Positions 56,540 to 64,000 of a stretch of DNA of 64,000 nucleotides are shown piece by piece. Every line of letters starts with the position of its first letter. Within the stretch, counting starts at the first letter, position 1. Under the pieces are notes generated by a model. That model searched no databases, was not told where the DNA came from, and saw nothing but the letters and a program-made list of their open reading frames with translations. Position numbers and translations under genes: made by a program. Source of the stretch: Patescibacteria group bacterium (GTDB taxonomy: Bacteria > Patescibacteriota > Microgenomatia > Levybacterales > UBA12049); contig DATICB010000011.1 of NCBI GenBank assembly GCA_035457005.1, positions 4,098 to 68,097 of the forward strand, read 5' to 3'.

Positions 56540-57004
56540 CTAATTCGAGGCATTCTTGCTAGGTGTTGGGCGCTGATACAACCCAATAAGCTGTGATGTT
56601 GCCAGAATATGTCCCTGCATTGCAAATGCAAGCGTGTTTTTTGTATAGACATCTTCTGTTGGCAACATAATATCCAGTGCATAGAGAGTAAAAATATATC
56701 TATGGACGCCACTGGGAGGACAGGCAGCAACATACCCTGGCTTATTCAGGCTGGTAATACCTAATACTGCATTTTCCGGCCAAGTTCCTTCGGTAATTTC
56801 TGCTGTATTTGGTAGCATGTTGTAGACAATCCAATGGATAAAGGTTTTACTTGGCGCATCCGGATCCTCAACCACCAATGCTAGACTTTTGGTGTCTGTT
56901 GTTATACCAGAAAAGGCGAGTGGGGGATTAATCCCTTTTCCATCGCACGTGTAGAGTGCAGGAAGCATGGTATTGTTTTCAAAAACAGGGGAGAGAATTT
57001 GCAT
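56540..57004 (-). CDS. YbhB/YbcL-family PEBP (Raf-kinase-inhibitor-like) protein
   Basis: DPDAPS...HWIVYNM...GVHRYIFTLYALD motifs. Confidence 0.75.
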   Translation of the reverse strand: MQILSPVFENNTMLPALYTCDGKGINPPLAFSGITTDTKSLALVVEDPDAPSKTFIHWIVYNMLPNTAEITEGTWPENAVLGITSLNKPGYVAACPPSGVHRYIFTLYALDIMLPTEDVYTKNTLAFAMQGHILATSQLIGLYQRPTPSKNASN

Positions 57005-57067
57005 ACTGTCATTATAATAAGGATATTTCCAAACAGCAACTCACTGCTTTTTTTGATTATTCTGACG

Positions 57068-57658
57068 CTACGTTTTAACTCCTAAAATAATTGTCCAGAA
57101 GAAAGGAATAGAAATAGCTTGTATTTTTATTTTTTCACTCACAAATTTCTGAAACCCCAAAAAAGACCAATGATTAATATGTTCGATATCATTACCAAGT
57201 CGGGACCAATTTTTTCCCCTTAGTAGTTGTGCCAACATAAAAAATGGTTCATTTGGGACAGAAAGAAGTATATATTTTTTACTAACCCTAACGAGTTCTG
57301 CTAATGCCTTTTTTGGATCTTCCATGTGCTCCAAAACTTCGGTGCACAGTACAAGGTCAAATGCACTGTCTTTGTACGGGAGTTCGTAAATACTGCCTTG
57401 CTTTATAAGCAAATCAGGATACTGCTTTTTGCCAAGTTTTATTGCTTTTTCCTGGTATTCAATGCCTTCCAATTTTTTACCAATGTGTGCTTCTTGCAGC
57501 TTGTGTAATGTAAATCCTTCACCACATCCAACATCCAGGATTGAACCATTGGGAACAAGTTTGAGCAAACGAAAAACATGTTTGTAGAAATTATCCAGGA
57601 GAAATCGTTGGATTGGATTGCGATGGGTATGTTTGCGAAAATTATCGGTTACTTCCAT
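57068..57658 (-). CDS. Class I SAM-dependent methyltransferase
   Basis: ILDVGCGEGF motif I. Confidence 0.7.
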   Translation of the reverse strand: MEVTDNFRKHTHRNPIQRFLLDNFYKHVFRLLKLVPNGSILDVGCGEGFTLHKLQEAHIGKKLEGIEYQEKAIKLGKKQYPDLLIKQGSIYELPYKDSAFDLVLCTEVLEHMEDPKKALAELVRVSKKYILLSVPNEPFFMLAQLLRGKNWSRLGNDIEHINHWSFLGFQKFVSEKIKIQAISIPFFWTIILGVKT

Positions 57659-58051
57659 AAAACATCATTCATTATAGCATGAATGTGTCAATAAATACGC
57701 ATTACATATGCATTGATATACAAAGTCTTTTGCGATGTAATTTCTGTCATGGAACGTGCTTTACCAAAACGCTGCGCTGAGCCGCAAATACAGCTAGCAT
57801 TCCAAACGCAATCAGAAAAACCTGCAATACTCCTGACAGGTACCTTGAGTAATTGGATTGATAATCAGTTGGCAAGAGATAGAAGGTGTGCGCGACATGG
57901 AAATTGCGTAAATGCATGTCTTGGGAGAAATAGCACTATACAATCTTGTAATCATTGTTTAAAAAGGAGCTGCTAGGCAGATACTAATCTTCATTGTACT
58001 CCACTCATCTTGAGCCACAAAAGATCTTAAGGAAGTTAATTAAAAACTTAG

Positions 58052-58082
58052 TGAGCGGGCGATGGGAATCGGACCCACTACC
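58052..58082 (-). other. tRNA-like 3' fragment (T-arm-like gggtccgattccc plus acceptor-like cgcccgc-t), no complete cloverleaf found
   Basis: Hand-folded. No matching 5' acceptor strand or anticodon arm within 100 nt. Confidence 0.25.
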
Positions 58083-58358
58083 TTCTCCTTGAAAGTTGCG
58101 GGTTGATCTCCAACATGACCTTTCTTAGCTTCATAATAACAACAGGGGGTAGGTGTGTAAATAAGTGGATATTAGTAAGTACAGTATCAATCCATACCAA
58201 AATTTACTCGAAGCTAAAAACCTTGGAAAATACTGGAAATGAAACTCTTTTTATATGTGCGGATTTATTCAACTCTTTTTTTCATTTTGAAGCTAGACTA
58301 CATAGAAAAATGTCAACTGAATTGACTTTTTTTACTGTGACGGAAAACTCAACTATTC

Positions 58359-58616
58359 TCAACTAATTTCCTCATGTCGGAAGTACACATACATGTCCAA
58401 CAATTCTTCTTTCGAGTAGCACAAAGATTCATTGAAAAACGTGGAAAGCTCTCCTTGCTTGTCTAATGCCCTTCCATAACTTATCCGAAGACATGCTGTC
58501 ATTGATTCTGTCCAAATTAACGTGCGTAAATGTGTGGTAAATTCACGAGACTTATGAGTTGATACCTTACTAACTGTCTTTCCATTCTCTAAAATTTTGA
58601 GCGTGTAATTTTTCAT
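58359..58616 (-). CDS. Hypothetical small protein
   Basis: 85-aa ORF in the AT-rich terminal region. Confidence 0.25.
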   Translation of the reverse strand: MKNYTLKILENGKTVSKVSTHKSREFTTHLRTLIWTESMTACLRISYGRALDKQGELSTFFNESLCYSKEELLDMYVYFRHEEIS

Positions 58617-58761
58617 ATTTGTATCGTTTTAAAATCCACCATTTTCCACCTTTTTCTTATGTCATATATGTCATAGTTCTTACCCCACTTAGTAAAACTT
58701 AGCTATGTTACCTATATAACGAGTACATATATGTTTAATTTCATATAAGACAGAAAGCATA

Positions 58762-59046
58762 TTAGTCTTCATTTATTACCTCCTGTATTTGTTGGGTGTT
58801 GAACTTGTTGAGTATTTCTTTTTGTATTTCTTCCCAATCTGCTTCGTTATCAGTTTTGAATAACGGTCGCCAAAATCTTCCTCCAGCTAAATAACTTGGA
58901 GGAGTGACATATTCTTTATGTGTTTCAGGATCTTGAATAACTTTGAATCCTTTTAGAAGAAACCCTTCAAAATGCACATCTGCTCGTGCAACAACTTTCC
59001 CCCCTCCTGCTTTTACGATTGTTACTTCAATAATTTTCATATTCAT
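58762..59046 (-). CDS. spoVG: SpoVG-family protein
   Basis: MNMKIIEVTIVKAGGGKVVARADVHFEGFLLKGFKVIQDPETHKEYVTPPS matches the SpoVG N-terminal domain. Confidence 0.75.
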   Translation of the reverse strand: MNMKIIEVTIVKAGGGKVVARADVHFEGFLLKGFKVIQDPETHKEYVTPPSYLAGGRFWRPLFKTDNEADWEEIQKEILNKFNTQQIQEVINED

Positions 59047-59060
59047 GCCTAAAAACTTGA

Positions 59061-59306
59061 TTAAACTTGATTTTTCTCGTACATCCGGTCTTTGACCAAT
59101 TTTGAATTAAGAAGCACTATGCGGGGATCGAGGCGTAATTTCCCTTGGAAGTAGTTTTCGGACTGCTGTAAAATCTCTGGTGTACTTTCAAATTCAAAGA
59201 TGAACCTGCGAGAGTCAGATTTATTAACTTTTACTAACTGGAAGCCTAACGCACAAAGTGTAATTGTTTGGTGGAAATCCGAGGTCTCGAAAATCTTCAT
59301 GTTCAT
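59061..59306 (-). CDS. Hypothetical small protein; start placed at MNMKIFETS
   Basis: ORF with the same ATGAAYATGAAAAT start context as its two neighbours. Confidence 0.4.
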   Translation of the reverse strand: MNMKIFETSDFHQTITLCALGFQLVKVNKSDSRRFIFEFESTPEILQQSENYFQGKLRLDPRIVLLNSKLVKDRMYEKNQV

Positions 59307-59389
59307 ACGAAAAGAATAGTTGAAATTCGTTTGGTTGTATAAAACGGTCAACTGTTAAACACCTGATTAACAGTAATGTGTTTAAATCT

Positions 59390-60139
59390 TTATTTAGAAG
59401 AGGAAATTAAGGCTAAAATCGCTGGAACAGTTTTGCTCCAGTTTTTGTGAAGTGTACGCTTAATATCTTTCTTGAATCTACTGATTAAGGAGCCTATTAT
59501 TTCATAGTCTGGACTAAATGAAAGTTTTCCCTTATATCTTTTTTCGACTTTTTCTGCAATCTCTACAAGACTAGCACCTTGTATTTGTAGCTTAAGCATG
59601 TATTTTTTAACCTCAATGCCCTCAATCTTAATTCTGGGACTTTCTGATAATGTTTCTAGGTATTTTCCTATTCGTTTGTGGTCTTCACGTATAAATTTCT
59701 GAACATTCCTTAAAGACATTTTTTCTCTAATGATAATCTGGACTTCTCCATCTCTAAAAATTGTTTCAATGGGTAGAAGGTCTAAGTAGGGATAAAAGGA
59801 TGTATTGTCAATAATAATACTATGGAAAAAATTTTCCCAACCATTAGGTAGCATAAATAAACTTTTAAGTAAAACGCTGAATTGGTCTATTAGGTCACTT
59901 TGTTTTGATAAAAAATCAATGCCTTTTTCCTTGTACTGTTTTCTTTCCCATAACTGATACTCGACAATACTAGGAAATCCTTCTTCAGGAAAGCCAAGAG
60001 ATTCACGTATTATGGCAAGCAATTTTATAAACTCCTCATCGACCTCTAGCAGATTTATAAACTTTTCACTATCTCTTGTGAATGTATCAGGCCTTGGATA
60101 AGTGGAAGAGCCTTCGTGTACCTTAATTTTCATATTCAT
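59390..60139 (-). CDS. Hypothetical protein (249 aa), starts MNMKIKV
   Basis: Long ORF, no recognised domain. Confidence 0.45.
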   Translation of the reverse strand: MNMKIKVHEGSSTYPRPDTFTRDSEKFINLLEVDEEFIKLLAIIRESLGFPEEGFPSIVEYQLWERKQYKEKGIDFLSKQSDLIDQFSVLLKSLFMLPNGWENFFHSIIIDNTSFYPYLDLLPIETIFRDGEVQIIIREKMSLRNVQKFIREDHKRIGKYLETLSESPRIKIEGIEVKKYMLKLQIQGASLVEIAEKVEKRYKGKLSFSPDYEIIGSLISRFKKDIKRTLHKNWSKTVPAILALISSSK

Positions 60140-60296
60140 TCAGCTTGAATATATATCTTTTCCGAGTTTTCCGCCACTAATAAAACTACAAATCTGACAG
60201 GCATAAAAAAGTTAACAATAGTTGACAAACTGGACAACATAAAAAGGGGTTGAGACTAATATCGCCGCTTTAGGATATAATTACAGCATAAGCTAA

Positions 60297-61655
60297 ATGA
60301 AACTGTTTACTAGAGTAAAAATAGGATTTAAAGAAATAAGGTCTCCTTTTTTTGTGGGTATAGGTGCGATTATTCTTGGTGCATTTATTTATTTTGTTCA
60401 ACTTAAATTTATGCTCAATATTACCCATGGATTTGAATGGCTAATCTTTGCAATAGGTATTCTTTTCGCTTTCGCATCTTTTTTTGTTTTTATCAATAAA
60501 ATTGTACCATTAGTAAAACTTCTTATTAACTTCGCTGTAGGTTTTGTAGTAAGTATTTTTGTCTTTCTAGCCACTATTCCATTCCTTATTTCCACAGCAA
60601 ACGTTACACAGGAGAGACTTACCGCAATCGGAAATGCAAACATGTATCGAATTGTTTTGTTTTACGGATTTTTCTTAGTAAGCGTTGCACTTTTATCTTA
60701 TTTCTTTAAAAGAATTAGATTTTTTGTGATAGCTATTTTTGTTTATTGGGTGTTAGGAACTGGATTGGTCTTTGGATTAACTCATACTAATCCATTTTTT
60801 AAAAATACTAATGACACAATAGCCACCACCCATAATGAAAAATTTCCTGTAGAACAACTTGCTCTAAAAAATGTTCAATGGCAAAATGGAATTTTGTCGG
60901 GAGATGTACTAAATAAAAGCAAGGATAAAGTTTTTAACATAAAGATTCAACTAACTGTAAGTAAAACAAGAAATAAATGGGAAATTGGAACTCAAGATTT
61001 TGCTTTAATTCCCTTTATTATCAATCCAAATGACACTTTTCATTTTGATGAAAGCATTAAGCCATCTCAAGTAAATCCATGGTGGACTACGCAAGTTATT
61101 TCTGCCGAGTATTACACAGGTCAACCAATCGTTTACCCCACATATCCTGTAACACCAACAGTACATATTGCCAATAACTATCAACAACCTACTAATAATG
61201 ATGAACAACCATGGGGAATAGCAAAACAGATTGATGAACATACTTGGACAATGAAGGTTGGTCAAGATGATCGAATGGCTACAGCTCAGGAAATATATGA
61301 TGCCCTCAACGCTTACAGACAAAGAAATGGAGTAGGCAGACTAGGCTGGAATGATCATTTGGCATCTTATGCATTAACAAGAGCAGCATATTTTGAACAA
61401 AGAGGTGGCCTAGATGGACACGCAGGTTTTATTGAATACACGAAAAGCATTGATAATTTGAAATCTTTGGGATTTTGGGGAGTTGGGGAAAACTCTGCCT
61501 ATGGGTACAGAATGTTAGGCGTACATTTAATTGAATGGGTGTATGCAGGAGATAAACCTCATGATGATAACCAAAAGGACCCAAAATGGACCAGTGTTGG
61601 AATAGGAGTGAGCGGCAATAGTAACGACCTTATCTTTGGAACTAACGGGATGTAA
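60297..61655 (+). CDS. Membrane protein with an N-terminal 6-TM domain and a C-terminal CAP/SCP/PR-1-like domain
   Basis: TAQEIYDALNAYRQRNGVGRLGWNDHLASYALTRAAY...HAGF...GENSAYG matches the CAP-domain signature. Confidence 0.55.
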   Translation: MKLFTRVKIGFKEIRSPFFVGIGAIILGAFIYFVQLKFMLNITHGFEWLIFAIGILFAFASFFVFINKIVPLVKLLINFAVGFVVSIFVFLATIPFLISTANVTQERLTAIGNANMYRIVLFYGFFLVSVALLSYFFKRIRFFVIAIFVYWVLGTGLVFGLTHTNPFFKNTNDTIATTHNEKFPVEQLALKNVQWQNGILSGDVLNKSKDKVFNIKIQLTVSKTRNKWEIGTQDFALIPFIINPNDTFHFDESIKPSQVNPWWTTQVISAEYYTGQPIVYPTYPVTPTVHIANNYQQPTNNDEQPWGIAKQIDEHTWTMKVGQDDRMATAQEIYDALNAYRQRNGVGRLGWNDHLASYALTRAAYFEQRGGLDGHAGFIEYTKSIDNLKSLGFWGVGENSAYGYRMLGVHLIEWVYAGDKPHDDNQKDPKWTSVGIGVSGNSNDLIFGTNGM

Positions 61656-61786
61656 AGCTTAAAAAAGTTAATAATTTCTAACCTTATAGTTTTTGTCTTA
61701 GCTTCAGATGTATTTTCACAATTTTTCTCAGGCACGATTTCACGTCGCATACCAATGATTGTACGACGCTGTAAAAATTTCTAGAT

Positions 61787-63412
61787 TTGATATACTACAG
61801 CAATATGTCTATCAATAAACAAAGCTATGAGAATTTATTAGAAAACCTAAGAGTAGGCAATTCAATAGCGGAGAAAGATTTACTACTAGAAGCAGCAAGG
61901 GTCGAAACCCCTGTTTTCTTAGGTGTATTAAACGATGACTACGACATAATTCTTGGTAGAAAAGGAGCTGGAAAAACAGCAATTTTTAGACTTATTGGAA
62001 GCATGTCTCCATTTCTATTAGGTAAAAACATAGTAGTTCTAAGTGGGGTCAACAGTACAGGTGAATCAATTTTTACCCAATACAAAGAAAAGTTCAAAGA
62101 ATTCTCACAAGAGGAATTTGAGAATTTTTGGAAATTATATATCTTATCTTTAATATACAATCAATTCATTAAAGATCCCTTCTTTAGTGATAAACTAACA
62201 GCTTTTGAAAAAGAAATTGGCGATTTTAAAAATGAATGTTCAAAAGCAGGGGTTCCTAATATACCTGCTCAATTATCAAGAGAGCAGATTCTTGAATGGG
62301 TAATGAATTTATTTAGAAATATAAAGGGAATTAAAAAAGTGAAACTTCCGTTAGCAGTAACAGTGCCTAATCAAGCCACAATTTTTTCGGCTTCACCTGA
62401 AATAGAATTTAAATCAAAAGAAATGGATCAACTGGAACAACAAGCGATCTATGTCCACAATATTGGAAAAGCTCTAGCAAATTTGTTAAAAAACAGTGGT
62501 TTCAAACTTTGGATTATTCTAGATCGATTAGATGAAGTTTTTCAGAGGTATTCAAAAATAGAATTTTGCGGGTTAAGAGGATTACTGCTGGCGTATAAAA
62601 GTTTCGACATTGATGAAAGTAGTGACATTTTTAGAATTAAACTCTTCTTAAGAGATGATATTAAAAGTTTTTTAACAGATAGCACTATTTACAAAAAACA
62701 TTTTAAAAATGAAATTCCTGCACTCCCTGCAGCTACACATATATTCGCAAAAGAATCGCCCACACTTAGTTGGAATGAAGACGAAATTCAACAATTAATC
62801 CTTAATAGATTAATTTTAAACAATAAACTAATAAGAGATTATTTAGGTATAACTGATAAATACTCAATGACAAATCCCTCCAAACTTGACGAAGTTCTAA
62901 AAAATGAATTAAGAGATAAACATGTTAGATTAGAATACTGGAATAAAATATTTCCCAAAAAAATTTCATCCTCTGATTCACTTAAATGGATTTTTACAAG
63001 ACTAAAAGACTCAAATGACGTTGTTACACCTCGAAGTGTAATTGATATGCTTGAAGGAGCTATTAGCTATCTAAAAAGAAAAATTCAAACTAATTTCGAA
63101 GACTCAGTCACGATTTTCCCTGTGGACTCAATAATTGAAGGTCTGAAAACTGCTTCAAAATATAAACTAGAAAAAGATGTCTATAATGAATTTCCAAAAG
63201 AACAGGAAGCTATAAAAAAATTAAGTAGCTTTGGAAAGTATAAATTGAAAGGCAAGGACTTAGAAAAACTATTTGGAAATAAGTGGAGAGAAATAGTCGA
63301 GGACTTAAAAAGAATTGGGATAATAAAATACATCATATACTCAAAAGAGTATAGTATTGCTTATATTTTTAGACCTGCAATGGGTATTTCATACAAAAAC
63401 TATACAGGGTAA
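61787..63412 (+). CDS. P-loop NTPase (Walker A GRKGAGKT, Walker B LWIILDRLDE) with a large C-terminal region of unknown function
   Basis: Motifs read directly; no precise family assignable without a search. Confidence 0.55.
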   Translation: MIYYSNMSINKQSYENLLENLRVGNSIAEKDLLLEAARVETPVFLGVLNDDYDIILGRKGAGKTAIFRLIGSMSPFLLGKNIVVLSGVNSTGESIFTQYKEKFKEFSQEEFENFWKLYILSLIYNQFIKDPFFSDKLTAFEKEIGDFKNECSKAGVPNIPAQLSREQILEWVMNLFRNIKGIKKVKLPLAVTVPNQATIFSASPEIEFKSKEMDQLEQQAIYVHNIGKALANLLKNSGFKLWIILDRLDEVFQRYSKIEFCGLRGLLLAYKSFDIDESSDIFRIKLFLRDDIKSFLTDSTIYKKHFKNEIPALPAATHIFAKESPTLSWNEDEIQQLILNRLILNNKLIRDYLGITDKYSMTNPSKLDEVLKNELRDKHVRLEYWNKIFPKKISSSDSLKWIFTRLKDSNDVVTPRSVIDMLEGAISYLKRKIQTNFEDSVTIFPVDSIIEGLKTASKYKLEKDVYNEFPKEQEAIKKLSSFGKYKLKGKDLEKLFGNKWREIVEDLKRIGIIKYIIYSKEYSIAYIFRPAMGISYKNYTG

Positions 63413-63418
63413 TTTTTA

Positions 63419-64000
63419 TCAATATTCAAATTTAATTAGTAATTCTTTTTGCTCCAATTTTTTTTCAATATTAACTGAAATCCTAGAATCATATTTAAAA
63501 TAATCGTTTAAAATTTTTTGGAAATTTTCAAGCACTTGTTCTGGTGATAAACCATTAAGTACGATTGATTGCTTTCCGTTTAAGATTAAGGATAGATCCA
63601 CAACATTTAAGTGTGTGTACGTCTTGTCTGTAATCTCAACGCTGCTATGTCTCAACAGTCGAGAAACCATCTGAATTGGCACGCCATTCTTTACCAGACT
63701 TGAAGCGAATATATGTCGAAGTGAATGATTTGTGAGCTTTACAGGCATTCCTAGAGCCTTTGCACCACGTTGTAGAACTTCGTTGCATGTTTTTTCAGTG
63801 ACTTCAAAGACTCTATCTCTTTCTAGCCTTGTCTTGAGTTCCTCAATCATATCTTTTGGTAAGGGGAGAATCTCTCGATTACCGCCCTTACTGATAACCC
63901 AAAAGGTTGGTGGATTGTCGAATAAATTAAGATCGGAACCCTTTAGTGTAATTGCTTCGTTTATTCTTAATCCTGTACGCAGAATAAAGCGGAGACATGC
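63419..64000 (-). CDS. Tyrosine site-specific recombinase/integrase, 5'-partial (the ORF runs off the window end)
   Basis: C-terminal catalytic region HSLRHIFAS...LLRHSSVEITDKTYTHL. Upstream in-frame translation (GLRINEAITLKGSDL...KGGNREILPLP) continues to nt 64000. Confidence 0.8.
   Translation of the reverse strand, partial: ACLRFILRTGLRINEAITLKGSDLNLFDNPPTFWVISKGGNREILPLPKDMIEELKTRLERDRVFEVTEKTCNEVLQRGAKALGMPVKLTNHSLRHIFASSLVKNGVPIQMVSRLLRHSSVEITDKTYTHLNVVDLSLILNGKQSIVLNGLSPEQVLENFQKILNDYFKYDSRISVNIEKKLEQKELLIKFEY

Noticed and set aside
57700-58090. Possible tmRNA ending in the tRNA-like fragment at 58052-58082
   Set aside because: No complementary 5' acceptor strand (GCGGGCG) within about 400 nt, and no tag-peptide reading frame ending in an A-L-A-A-type motif. 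Kept only as a tRNA-like fragment.

Overview
This window is AT-rich and gene-dense. Its gene content suggests a Candidate Phyla Radiation / Patescibacteria-like genome (small genes, many GIY-YIG mini-genes, sortases, seven tRNAs, very large polytopic membrane proteins); that lineage call is inference only. Housekeeping genes I recognise are uvrC (carrying a frameshift), secG, yvcK, greA, dinB, typA/bipA, obg, gpmA, sodA, a DEAD-box helicase, a D-Ala-D-Ala carboxypeptidase and an OmpR-type two-component pair. Accessory content includes an island at 25.0-34.3 kb holding three sortase substrates, flanked by two sortase genes (a third sortase paralog sits at 20.2 kb), including a 1965-aa LPETG-anchored adhesin-like protein. 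Three of the sortase substrates share a 'Q(Q)AVLGA(S/T)' motif just before the membrane anchor. There are at least six large polytopic GT-C-like or flippase-like membrane proteins, consistent with an envelope glycosylation system. Five GIY-YIG mini-genes are present; three abut tRNA genes and are flanked by degenerate partial copies of the adjacent tRNA, which looks like tRNA-targeted mini mobile insertions. About ten GC-rich small ORFs encoding R/P/G-rich low-complexity peptides are scattered through the window. An ATP-cone/Mrr-like endonuclease fusion is present. A perfect 16-nt palindrome, a LexA-box candidate, lies upstream of dinB. The last ~6 kb is markedly more AT-rich and holds SpoVG, three consecutive genes starting MNMKI, a membrane CAP-domain protein, a Walker A/B P-loop NTPase and a partial tyrosine integrase, with a tRNA-like 3' fragment at its inner edge; I read this as a probable integrated island. 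No CRISPR array or rRNA was seen.
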